From an uncultured virus (IMG/VR IMGVR_UViG_3300009551_000046) (Duplodnaviria > Heunggongvirae > Uroviricota > Caudoviricetes), in the IMG/VR virus record IMGVR_UViG_3300009551_000046: a stretch of 64,000 nt of DNA. One strand, written 5' to 3'. The translations under genes and the position numbers were made by a program. Positions 7,473 to 16,186 of the stretch are shown here, in pieces (position 1 is the stretch's first letter; each line of letters opens with the position of its first letter). The notes under the pieces were generated by a model that was not told the DNA's origin, ran no database searches, and was given only the letters and a program-made list of their open reading frames with translations.

Positions 7473-10400
7473 ATGGCGAACGGATGGGGCGGGAAGCGTC
7501 CGAACAGCGGGCCCAAAGTAGGGGCCGACGGCAAGGCGCTGAAGCCGTACAGCCGCCGAGATCAGTCGAAAAGTTCAAGCGACAGTTCAAGGAAGCCAGC
7601 CGACGCGCAGGTGATCTCGACGAAGCCGGCGACACCGAACCGCCCGATGTTTTCGCCCGAATCCGTCGAGGCGATCATCTCGGCGTTCCGCGAACTGAAG
7701 TCGCGCCGACCGCGTCCGAGGACGCCTGAAACCAATCCGTACATGATCCGACCGGAGCTCTTCGGGCCGGTCGCAGTCGACATCAAGAAGAGGAAGCCTA
7801 CCCTCGCGATGGATGCGGATACCGGGCTCGTGAGCGCGAATTCGTTCGCTGTTCAGGCCTGGCAGAACGGCTCGCTCGGCGGCGGTGACGATGCGTCCGA
7901 AGGCATGCTGTTCCTCGGCTACCCCTATCTATCCCAGCTGACGCAGCGCCCGGAATTCCGGCTGTTCGGCGAGATCATGTCGGAAGAGATGACTCGCAAA
8001 TGGATCGAGTTTCGCGGCACCGACGATGCGAGCACGAAGGAAAACGACAAGCCGAAGCGGCGCAACGACGACGACGACGAGGCAGATCGGCGCCGGCAAA
8101 AGACGGGCGAGAAGCCGCGGTCTGATGACCGGAACAAGGAGATCGAGCGCAAGGTTCTCGAACTGAAGGATTTCGCCGAGGAGCTCAAGCTGCGCAGCGT
8201 GTTCAAGGCGGTTGCTGCGCAGGACTCCGATTTCGGAATCGCGCATCTGTATCTTGATCTGAAGGGCACCGACATCGACAACCAGCGCGACAAAGAGAAC
8301 GCGATGTCGATCGGCAACGGCCGCGACGACATTTCGAGCAGCAAGCTGACGACCGGTTGCTTGGCCGGGCTGCGAACCATCGAACCGATTTGGTGCTATC
8401 CGACGGCCTACAATGCGTCGAACCCGATTGCCCCGGATTGGTATGACCCGGCCGTCTGGTATGTGATGGGCGCCGAAATTCACAAGACGCGGCTGCTGCC
8501 ATTCATCGGCCGGCCGGTGCCCGACATCCTGAAGCCGGCTTATGCGTTCGGCGGACTATCGATGTCGCAGATGGCGCAGCCATACGTCGACATCTGGCTG
8601 CGGACCCGCGAAAGCGTTGGCGAGATCATTCATGCGTTCTCCGTCATGGTGCTATCGACGGAGCTCGGCACGACGACCCAGCCAGGCGGTGCCGGCGGAG
8701 GCAACGGCGATATTCTCGCCCGCATGATGCTTGCGAACATGCTTCGGGACAACCAAGGCATGATGGTGATCGACAAGACATCGGAGGACTTCAAGAACAT
8801 CAGCGCGCCGATCAGCGGGCTCGACGATCTGCAGGCGCAGGCGCAGGAGCATATGTTTTCGGTCGGCCGGATCCCGGCGGTGAAGTTTGCCGGCATCCAG
8901 CCGAAGGGTCTGAACGCGACATCCGACGGCGAGATGCGCGCCTTCAACGACACGGTTCACGGCCGACAAGAGCATCTCTTTCGGCAGCATCTGACGACCG
9001 TGCTCGACATCATGCAGATTTCGCTGTGGGGCAAGCGAGATCCGGACATCACGTATGACTTTCTCCCGCTGCACGAGGAGACGCCGAAAGAGAAGGCGGA
9101 GATTCGCAAGATCGAGGCGGAGACCGATCAGGTCAGGGTCGACAGCGGCGTCGTGTCGCCCGAGGAGGTGCGGGCAAAGGTCGCGGCCGATCCTGAATCC
9201 GGTTTCCAGGGGCTTGATCCGGATGACGTTCCCGATCTGCTGCAGGAGGAGCAGGAGGGGTTGATCCCGGAGGGCGCCGGCAAGGGGCTTGAGGCCGAGC
9301 TCGAGGCCGGCGGCAAGCCGCGGGAGAGTCGCACGGCGCCGAAAAAAGACGACGGCGCCGAGGATGACGATCTCGACGACGACGACGAATTCGACGGCGC
9401 CTCTGACGAATGGCAGGAGGGCAAGCATCCGCGGGACCAAGACGGCAAGTTCGCGTCGTCAGGCGGCGGCGGCGGCGGAGGTGCGGCGGCGGAGCCGTCT
9501 CCCGAGGCATCGAAAAGCGACACGCTGAAGAAGGCGAAGCAGATGATCGAGGAGCAGGATCTCGCCGATCCGCAGCAACTCGCGTCTGTGATCGAGGCTG
9601 CGGAAAAGCACGGCCTCTCCGGCGTGATCATGAAGGGGCTGAAATCCGTTCAGGAGAAGGTCGGCAAGCCGCCGGCGCCGGCAGCGGGGAAGCCGCCGGC
9701 ATCGACGACCGGAGGGCCGAACGCCGCGCCGCAGCTGCCGCTGAAGAAGCTCGACGTATCGAAGCTCGACAAGGTCGGTCAGCAGATGGGATCGAACCCG
9801 GGCGGCGTCTATGTAGACCCGGCGAATGGCGAGAAGTTCTACGTCAAGAAGCCGAAGGGCCCGGCGCAGGTGAAGAACGAAATCGCTGCCGCGAAGCTGT
9901 ACCAGCTCGCCGGTGCGCACACGTTCGAATATCTCGACGCCGGACCCGATCATGTTGCAACCAAGATCGAGGCGCTGAAAAAAAAGAACGTCAGCGAGTT
10001 GTCTCCGGAGGAGCGCAAGGAAGCACAGAGGGACTTCGCGATACACGCCTGGCTTGCGAATTGGGATGCGGTCGGCACCGGAGGCGACAACGTTGGCGTC
10101 GGCGCCGATGGCAAGGTGAAGGTGCTCGACACCGGCGGATCGCTGAAATATCGAGCGCAGGGCGAGATGAAGGACTTCGGCGCAAGTCCGAACGAACTCG
10201 TGACGCTGCGCGACCCGAAACTGAATCCCGACGCTGCGGCGCTCTTCGGCGATATGTCTGAAGCGGACATGACGGCGAGTGCGGCACGCGTAGCCGACAT
10301 CCCCAACAACGCGATCCGTGATGTCGTGAAAGCTGCCGGCGAGAGCGAAGAACTCGCCAATACGCTGATCGCACGCAAGAACTCTATCGCGCAGAAGTTC

Positions 10401-11972
10401 GATCTATGGCCTGCAGGCGACACGAACCCCGAATGGGAGGCGCTGCATCCGCGCGGTCCCGGCGGCAAGTTCGCGAAAAAGGCAGGCGCCGAGGAGCCGG
10501 CGAAGCAGGAGGCGGCGGAGCCGGAGGAGAGCACCGAGGAGATCGGCGGCAAGGTCGAGATCGACATGCTTCTCGCGAAGAAGCCGATCGCGGGATCGAA
10601 CTATCGCAAGGCGCTCCAGAAGGCGCTGAAGTCGGGCGGCCTGTCTCCGGAGCAGACGAAGACGGCCGCGGAGAACCTCTATCTGTCTTGGCACAAGACG
10701 ATGGACAACTACGCGGCCAAGGGCGATCACGACACCGCGGGCAAGATCAAGGAGAAGCTGAACAAGATCTTCGACGACTACAATCTCGACGTGACCGCTC
10801 TGTGGGAAAAATTCGAGGCGATGTCGCCCTCTAGCCCCATGATGAAGCCCGCATCGGTCGGCAAGAAGAAGGAAAAGGCGAAGAGCGAGCCTCCGCCGGC
10901 GCCGGCGCCTGCCGCGCCCGAGCCGCCGCCTGCACCGCCCCCCGCACTGGAGCCGCCGCCTGCGCCTGCGAAGCCTGAACCGGCCAAGCCGGAGAAGAGC
11001 GCGGCTGCCAAGTTCTATCCGGAGCCGACAGAGGCCGACCTTGCGAAGGCCAAGAAGACGGCTGAGCTCAAGATGGAATACGTGAAGGGCTCGAAGCCGA
11101 AGGAACCCGAGGGGGTCGCGGTCGCGAACAAATTGATCGCCGACTTCAACGAGAAGTATGCCGGCAAGGAGATCACTGATCACGATGAGCTCGTCGAGAA
11201 GGTGGCGCAGTTCAAGGGATTGAGCGACGCGATCAACGCGATGGGGGTGATGGAGGAAAAGGGTGCGCAAGAAGCAAACGCGGCAGCCCTAGCCAAGATC
11301 AAGCAGGTTCAGAAGGAAAAGGCGGAGCAGGAGGCCAAAAAAGCCGCCGAGGAAGCGGCCAAGCACGCCGAACGCAACAAGAAGTTCATGAGTGAACTCG
11401 GCATCAGCGAGAAGCAAGCCGAGGGCATGTATGGACTCGCGCAGATGCTCGGCATGTCCGGCAAGGATCTTGTCGGCGAGTTCAAGCACTACGAGGAGGA
11501 AGCAAAGGGGCTCGGCTATCCGATCTCCGGCTTCCAATGCGCGGTGATCAAGAACTACAGCGGGAGCGGCTATCAGGCGGTGAATTCTGCTCTGCGGTCC
11601 GGAGCCTGGACGCCGGCGCAGCACGCGTATGTGTCGATGGTGAACAAGGCGCTCTCCGAAATGCCGAAGCATACCGGGGTCTGCAAGCGCGGCACGGACC
11701 TCACGGCTGCGCAGATCGCTCAATACAAGCCCGGCCATATCGTCCAGGAGAACGCGTTCCTGAGCACGGCATCGACGGGGTCGGGCTTCAGCGGGAATGT
11801 CCGCTTCACGGTCACCGCGATCGGAAAGCGGGGAGCGTCGATCCAAAAGCTTTCGCTGCATCCGAGTGAAAACGAAGTGCTGTTCCAGGCGCGGACCTTC
11901 TTCAAGGTGAACAAGGTCGAGAAGAAGGACGGCTTCACCGAAATCCACATGGAAGAGTGGGAGGAGCACTGA
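7473..11972 (+). CDS. Portal protein (DUF1073-type) fused to an atypical kinase-like domain and a C-terminal ADP-ribosyltransferase
   Basis: Portal: FLGYPYLSQLTQRPEFR...EMTRKWI, VPDILKPAYAFGGLSMSQ, IPAVKFAGIQPKGLNATSDGE. Kinase: GSNPGG/YVK/NE/WD..DN/DTG. ART: KRG/FLSTA/ENE. One uninterrupted ORF. Confidence 0.85.
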   Translation: MANGWGGKRPNSGPKVGADGKALKPYSRRDQSKSSSDSSRKPADAQVISTKPATPNRPMFSPESVEAIISAFRELKSRRPRPRTPETNPYMIRPELFGPVAVDIKKRKPTLAMDADTGLVSANSFAVQAWQNGSLGGGDDASEGMLFLGYPYLSQLTQRPEFRLFGEIMSEEMTRKWIEFRGTDDASTKENDKPKRRNDDDDEADRRRQKTGEKPRSDDRNKEIERKVLELKDFAEELKLRSVFKAVAAQDSDFGIAHLYLDLKGTDIDNQRDKENAMSIGNGRDDISSSKLTTGCLAGLRTIEPIWCYPTAYNASNPIAPDWYDPAVWYVMGAEIHKTRLLPFIGRPVPDILKPAYAFGGLSMSQMAQPYVDIWLRTRESVGEIIHAFSVMVLSTELGTTTQPGGAGGGNGDILARMMLANMLRDNQGMMVIDKTSEDFKNISAPISGLDDLQAQAQEHMFSVGRIPAVKFAGIQPKGLNATSDGEMRAFNDTVHGRQEHLFRQHLTTVLDIMQISLWGKRDPDITYDFLPLHEETPKEKAEIRKIEAETDQVRVDSGVVSPEEVRAKVAADPESGFQGLDPDDVPDLLQEEQEGLIPEGAGKGLEAELEAGGKPRESRTAPKKDDGAEDDDLDDDDEFDGASDEWQEGKHPRDQDGKFASSGGGGGGGAAAEPSPEASKSDTLKKAKQMIEEQDLADPQQLASVIEAAEKHGLSGVIMKGLKSVQEKVGKPPAPAAGKPPASTTGGPNAAPQLPLKKLDVSKLDKVGQQMGSNPGGVYVDPANGEKFYVKKPKGPAQVKNEIAAAKLYQLAGAHTFEYLDAGPDHVATKIEALKKKNVSELSPEERKEAQRDFAIHAWLANWDAVGTGGDNVGVGADGKVKVLDTGGSLKYRAQGEMKDFGASPNELVTLRDPKLNPDAAALFGDMSEADMTASAARVADIPNNAIRDVVKAAGESEELANTLIARKNSIAQKFDLWPAGDTNPEWEALHPRGPGGKFAKKAGAEEPAKQEAAEPEESTEEIGGKVEIDMLLAKKPIAGSNYRKALQKALKSGGLSPEQTKTAAENLYLSWHKTMDNYAAKGDHDTAGKIKEKLNKIFDDYNLDVTALWEKFEAMSPSSPMMKPASVGKKKEKAKSEPPPAPAPAAPEPPPAPPPALEPPPAPAKPEPAKPEKSAAAKFYPEPTEADLAKAKKTAELKMEYVKGSKPKEPEGVAVANKLIADFNEKYAGKEITDHDELVEKVAQFKGLSDAINAMGVMEEKGAQEANAAALAKIKQVQKEKAEQEAKKAAEEAAKHAERNKKFMSELGISEKQAEGMYGLAQMLGMSGKDLVGEFKHYEEEAKGLGYPISGFQCAVIKNYSGSGYQAVNSALRSGAWTPAQHAYVSMVNKALSEMPKHTGVCKRGTDLTAAQIAQYKPGHIVQENAFLSTASTGSGFSGNVRFTVTAIGKRGASIQKLSLHPSENEVLFQARTFFKVNKVEKKDGFTEIHMEEWEEH

Positions 11973-12163
11973 TGTCGACCGGACCGAAGACGCGCGCGGA
12001 TGACAATTGGGGCGTCGGACAACAAGCCGACGGGTCAATCAACGTCATGACGGAGGAGCAGGCGCGCGAGGCGATGGTGCGCCGCGACGCCGAGGATGAA
12101 GCGTGGAGCAGCATGATGGACGGCGAGGATCTCGACGACATCTCCGATCTCAACGACGAGTGA
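11972..12163 (+). CDS. Small acidic protein coupled to the portal-ART gene (possible inhibitor)
   Basis: TGATG overlap, GAGGAG RBS, 63 aa, D/E-rich. Confidence 0.6.
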   Translation: MSTGPKTRADDNWGVGQQADGSINVMTEEQAREAMVRRDAEDEAWSSMMDGEDLDDISDLNDE

Positions 12164-12196
12164 TCCGCAAAAGTACGGGTGCCCACAAAATGCCCC

Positions 12197-12225
12197 TGGA
12201 CACCGATCGACGAAAGGGAAAATAA
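12197..12225 (+). promoter_or_regulatory. Putative sigma70 promoter
   Basis: TGGACA-N17-AATAAT. Confidence 0.4.
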
Positions 12226-12297
12226 TCCCTCCTGACGATGCGTCGTCCGCATAGCCGCCAAAGCGTGACGAACGGTGTTATGTCTCTCAATATGCCC

Positions 12298-12345
12298 CAG
12301 GAGGGGTGAAGGGTCGCCGACCGGTCCTTCACCCCTTTCCTGTTT
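12298..12345 (+). other. Strong intergenic hairpin (terminator or attenuator candidate)
   Basis: CAGGAGGGGTGAAGG ... CCTTCACCCCTTTCCTG inverted repeat followed by TTT. Confidence 0.45.
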
Positions 12346-12360
12346 CGGAGGTCGGAAGCG

Positions 12361-12588
12361 ATGACATCAGAGCAGAAGAAGTGGTTAGATGAGCACCGCG
12401 CCGAGGGGTATCGTGTGATCGGGACCGCGCCAGGCGGTTACCGATTCGCCCGGAGGGGCATGCTGCATGCCGACGGGCAATTCGAGCTCCAGCTCGGCGC
12501 GCGTCGTCCCGCGGTACGAGTCGGAAGTTTCGAAGTCGGTATCCTTGAGCCGATCACGCAACAGACAATGATGAGGGGGCCTTCATGA
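12361..12588 (+). CDS. Hypothetical protein
   Basis: GGAGG RBS; ATGA coupling to the next gene. Confidence 0.65.
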   Translation: MTSEQKKWLDEHRAEGYRVIGTAPGGYRFARRGMLHADGQFELQLGARRPAVRVGSFEVGILEPITQQTMMRGPS

Positions 12589-13061
12589 TGTTCGTCGGAT
12601 GGGTTGCTGTTCCGGGTGCGTTGTTCTTGTGTGCCGGTCTCTTCGCAATGAAGGTGCCGTCGGCTCGGGCGTCGTTCGGCCCGGCAAGCCTCGCCTGCGG
12701 AGCTCTCCTGTTATGGGTGTCGATCTGCATAGTTAGCGCCGCGACGGCATTCGGGCGCGATCTCAGCGGCCGCTATGCGCAATCCAACCTGAAAGGATGG
12801 TTCGATCAGCTGCGCAGCGGAAAGGGACCGTGCTGCTCTGACGCCGACGGCTATGCAATTTCCGACCCGGATTGGTCGATGGATGGCGGCAAGTACAGAG
12901 TCCGCATTGCCGGCGAGTGGCGCGACGTGCCGCCGGATGCGGTAATCACCGAGCCGAACCGGGTCGGCAAGGCGATGGTTTGGCCCCTCTTCCTTTACGA
13001 GAACGGCCAGCCGAAAGAGTTCCGAGGAATTCAGTGCTTCATGCCCGGGGCTCAAATTTAG
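12585..13061 (+). CDS. Membrane-anchored or exported Cys-containing protein
   Basis: Two hydrophobic N-terminal segments then WF...CCSDADG...VPPDAV...CFMPG. Confidence 0.65.
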   Translation: MMFVGWVAVPGALFLCAGLFAMKVPSARASFGPASLACGALLLWVSICIVSAATAFGRDLSGRYAQSNLKGWFDQLRSGKGPCCSDADGYAISDPDWSMDGGKYRVRIAGEWRDVPPDAVITEPNRVGKAMVWPLFLYENGQPKEFRGIQCFMPGAQI

Positions 13062-13100
13062 AAGTGATTTCAACGAAAGCATCCAAGCAAAGCTAAGGCA

Positions 13101-13352
13101 ATGGTGAAGCAGTCGCCGACGTCGCCCGGAGCAAGTCTAGTTATCCGCGACGTCGCGCGACAGCTGCGCGACATGCGCGAGAAGTGGAACATGAGCCGCG
13201 AAGATCTCGCGGAGGTCTCGGGTGTCTGCGCTCGCACGATCTCTGAAATCGAGAGCAACAGCCGGGCGCATGAGGCGAGCATCAGGACGATCTGCAATAT
13301 GGCTGATGCTATGGGGTGCGACATCGTCGTCGAACTCAAGTTCAGGGGCTGA
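13101..13352 (+). CDS. XRE-family HTH regulator
   Basis: LRDMREKWNMSREDLAEVSGVCARTISEIE...SIRTICNMADAMG. Confidence 0.8.
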   Translation: MVKQSPTSPGASLVIRDVARQLRDMREKWNMSREDLAEVSGVCARTISEIESNSRAHEASIRTICNMADAMGCDIVVELKFRG

Positions 13353-13354
13353 CG

Positions 13355-14155
13355 ATGCCGAAGCGACCGAAGTCGAAAGTTCTGCGGCCTGTTCACCCGA
13401 ACGCTGGGCTGCAGGCATGGTATCGGCGCCGGCTGCTCGCCCTCGTCGACGAGATGCACGATTCCTACCTCTATTGGCTCAAGGCGGCTTATGCTGCGAA
13501 CCCGCCGGCGATCGCGCAGGACGAATTGCCGTCGGCGGCACTGCAGCGCGCGCTGAAGCGACTCGTCAAACGGTGGCGGAAGAACTTCGCGACGGCGGCC
13601 GACGAGCTCGCCGTCTACTTCATGACGAAGATCGAAAAGCGCTCGCGCGCGACCCTGATGAAGATCCTCCGCGATGGCGGCTGGACGGTCGAGCTCAACA
13701 TCACGCCGGCGTTGCGCGACGTCATCCGGGCGTCGGTGATCGAGAACGTCGCGCTGATCAAGTCGATCCCGGAGCAGTTTCACACCCAAGTCGAAGGGCT
13801 CGTAATGCGGTCGGTCACCGCGGGCCGAGATCTCGCCCCGTTGACGAAGGCGCTGCAGAAGCAGTTCGGGGTCACGCGGCGCCGCGCCGAGCTCATTGCG
13901 CGCGATCAGAACAACAAGGCGACCGCGGCGATCACGCGGGCCCGCTATGTCGATCTCGGGCTTACCGAGGCGATCTGGCTGCACTCCGGCGGCGGGAAAC
14001 AGAAGCGCCCGACGCATGTCGCGAACTCCGGAAAGCGCTTCGACGTCGTCAAGGGATGGTTTGACCCGGATCCCAAGGTGCGGCGGTTCATTCACCCGGG
14101 CGAACTGATCAACTGCCGGTGCGTCTGCCGGCCGGTCGTCAAGGGGTTCTCATGA
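13355..14155 (+). CDS. Head morphogenesis protein (MuF/SPP1 gp7 family), short form without toxin domain
   Basis: RAELIARDQNNKA, W.H...RPTH, HPGELINCRC. Confidence 0.9.
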   Translation: MPKRPKSKVLRPVHPNAGLQAWYRRRLLALVDEMHDSYLYWLKAAYAANPPAIAQDELPSAALQRALKRLVKRWRKNFATAADELAVYFMTKIEKRSRATLMKILRDGGWTVELNITPALRDVIRASVIENVALIKSIPEQFHTQVEGLVMRSVTAGRDLAPLTKALQKQFGVTRRRAELIARDQNNKATAAITRARYVDLGLTEAIWLHSGGGKQKRPTHVANSGKRFDVVKGWFDPDPKVRRFIHPGELINCRCVCRPVVKGFS

Positions 14156-14442
14156 ATGAAGCTGCCATGAACATGATCGAGCAGATCAGCGAGGCGATCG
14201 GCGGCCGCAAGTATTGGGTACGGTCCCTGACCGATCCCAATTCACCGATCTGCGAACGACTCGTCGAATTTCACCTTGAGGCGACCGGCGAACTCGACGA
14301 GGACGTCCGAGGGGCGATCCTCGCCATTCTCCGGGAGCACTTGCCGACACCGCATATGTTGCGGCTGTTCCTTTCCGACGGCCGCGGGGATTATTGCGGC
14401 AAGGTCTATGCGATTCAGCAAACGGCGAAGGCGGTGTCATGA
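14152..14442 (+). CDS. Hypothetical protein
   Basis: ATGA overlaps at both ends. Confidence 0.55.
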   Translation: MNEAAMNMIEQISEAIGGRKYWVRSLTDPNSPICERLVEFHLEATGELDEDVRGAILAILREHLPTPHMLRLFLSDGRGDYCGKVYAIQQTAKAVS

Positions 14443-14666
14443 AAACTAGGGAGTTCAAGGCGCTCAAGAGCGCTTACGAAACGCCGGATGGCTGGGGGTT
14501 GTTCAGCGCCAAGACGACAATGCTTCTCGCCAAGCGGGGCTACTTCGCGGAGGCGCAGCATCCCCGTTTCGGCAAGCAATGGCGCCTGACTTCGGCCGGC
14601 CGTGAGGCCTTCGAGAAAGCTAACAGCGCCCGCGATCAGATCGCTGGACGTCCGCGCCGGGGATGA
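14439..14666 (+). CDS. Hypothetical protein (winged-helix-like)
   Basis: ATGA overlap; LAKRGY...WRLTSAGR. Confidence 0.55.
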   Translation: MKTREFKALKSAYETPDGWGLFSAKTTMLLAKRGYFAEAQHPRFGKQWRLTSAGREAFEKANSARDQIAGRPRRG

Positions 14667-14706
14667 TTATCCTCTAGCGTACCGCCAAGAACCGAGAATC
14701 GGATCG

Positions 14707-14901
14707 ATGACAGCAGAGCAGGAACAGATCGAGCGGCTTCGCATCGCTCTTCAGAAGTGCGCCGGTGCGCTCATGGCAAGCGCCGACGGTCGCGCGAACA
14801 TCACTTTCAACGGCGAGTTCTCGTATTTGGGTCGCATGACGGTCAACGAGATCCTCGACGAGGCCAACCAGGCGCTCGAGCTCACAAGGGGCGACCGTTG
14901 A
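14707..14901 (+). CDS. Hypothetical protein
   Basis: MTAEQEQIERLRIAL; coupled to the next gene. Confidence 0.5.
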   Translation: MTAEQEQIERLRIALQKCAGALMASADGRANITFNGEFSYLGRMTVNEILDEANQALELTRGDR

Positions 14902-15269
14902 AAGAGCGGTTTGTCTCGAAGGCCTTCGAGATCGTACCGGGGATGCCGGACTTCTATCGGGCAAGCTTCGGGAATTGCGTGTTTGTCCTGAAGGATGCGG
15001 CGGAGACATCCTTTCTGCTCTGCGAGCTCGACGACTGTGTTTTCATCCCGCCGCTCTATGACCCCGACGGCAACATCGATTCGGGCTGGGACGATCGCCT
15101 CGTCGGCTGCACCATTACGAACCCGCGGACGCAGCTGCTGCTGACCGCGGCCGAAGTCGATGCCCTCTCGGTCCCCAAGATCGAGAGGCCGTGCCGGATC
15201 AACAAGCGGGTGCCGTGTCACACCCCGCAGCGCTGCATTTTCGAATGCGCAAGACAGGAGGCGTCATGA
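14898..15269 (+). CDS. Hypothetical protein, paralog of 15266-15526
   Basis: TTGA overlap start; NC.F.LKD.A.T.F..C.L.DC.F.PP shared with the next gene. Confidence 0.65.
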   Translation: MKERFVSKAFEIVPGMPDFYRASFGNCVFVLKDAAETSFLLCELDDCVFIPPLYDPDGNIDSGWDDRLVGCTITNPRTQLLLTAAEVDALSVPKIERPCRINKRVPCHTPQRCIFECARQEAS

Positions 15270-15526
15270 ACGACGACATCAGGGATAGGACGATCGAGAT
15301 CGCCGAGGGCACCGCGAGCTATTATAGCGACCGGCTCGTTAACTGCCGGATCATCATGAAGGACGAGGCGGCAGACACCCGATTCTTTTCCTGCATCCTG
15401 GTCGATTGCATGTTCGACCCGCCTATCATCATCGATAGCCCTGAGGGGCGCCCGATGGTCAATCCGGTTTGGGACATCCGCCTGTTCGACAGCGTCGTGA
15501 ATTCAGGGGGAGGACAGTTCAAGTGA
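15266..15526 (+). CDS. Hypothetical protein, paralog of 14898-15269
   Basis: AGGAGG RBS, ATGA overlap. Confidence 0.7.
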   Translation: MNDDIRDRTIEIAEGTASYYSDRLVNCRIIMKDEAADTRFFSCILVDCMFDPPIIIDSPEGRPMVNPVWDIRLFDSVVNSGGGQFK

Positions 15527-15789
15527 CCGAACAGTTCAAGATCCCCGCGCCGCTTTCTTCCGGCGCTGTCGCCGTGCTCGGGCAGCTATATGTCAACGGC
15601 CCGACATGGGACGGCAACATCACGAGCAAGCCGGGCCGCGGTGAGCTCGTTGCCGCCGGGCTAGCTTGGCACGCGCACGGCTACGCCTCGCTCACACCGG
15701 AGGGCGTCTACGTCGCGGTGAATTGGGACCGCGCGCAGCTGCGGGACCGGCACGATCAGCGATGGCTCGAAAAGTTGAGGCAGTCATGA
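15523..15789 (+). CDS. Hypothetical protein
   Basis: GTGA overlap; GPTWDGNITSKPGRGELV. Confidence 0.6.
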   Translation: MTEQFKIPAPLSSGAVAVLGQLYVNGPTWDGNITSKPGRGELVAAGLAWHAHGYASLTPEGVYVAVNWDRAQLRDRHDQRWLEKLRQS

Positions 15790-16004
15790 AACCGAAACTT
15801 GCCAACCTGCAGCACGGCATCAACCTGATCCCCGAGGATCTGCATTGGCTGATCGGCAAGGGGCGCATGAACCCCGACGAGAAGCTCTACGGCTGCGTCA
15901 TCCTTGACCAAGGGGGCAACACCGTCGGCGAAGGGGAAAGCGACGACCTTATGGATGCCGTCGCCGAGGCGCTCGCCGATTTGAAGCGGAGGACCGCATC
16001 ATGA
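15786..16004 (+). CDS. Hypothetical protein
   Basis: ATGA overlap, GAGG RBS. Confidence 0.6.
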   Translation: MKPKLANLQHGINLIPEDLHWLIGKGRMNPDEKLYGCVILDQGGNTVGEGESDDLMDAVAEALADLKRRTAS

Positions 16005-16186
16005 TCCTATTGGCTGCAGCATGGCTCCTCGTCGTCCAATCTTGGACCGGACAGGACAATCGGCCGGTGCCAATCGCCCGGTATTCTACGGGCAAAAGTT
16101 GCTCGGACGCGATGATCGCAGCGACGGCGGACCGCAACCAAAGCGGGCTGCGCGTTTACGCCGCTTGCATTCCCGTCGATGAATGA
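16001..16186 (+). CDS. Small exported-type protein
   Basis: GGAGG RBS; hydrophobic N-terminus, two Cys. Confidence 0.55.
   Translation: MILLAAAWLLVVQSWTGQDNRPVPIARYSTGKSCSDAMIAATADRNQSGLRVYAACIPVDE

Noticed and set aside
7473..9250. Calling the DUF1073 region an anti-CBASS (Acb1) nuclease
   Set aside because: Position after terL and the motifs fit a portal; no paired HxT/S 2H-phosphoesterase motifs recognised
10885..10995. GC-rich short repeats here and at ~29480-29600 as a repeat array or CRISPR
   Set aside because: They encode Pro/Ala/Glu low-complexity linkers; no constant repeat-spacer periodicity and no cas genes
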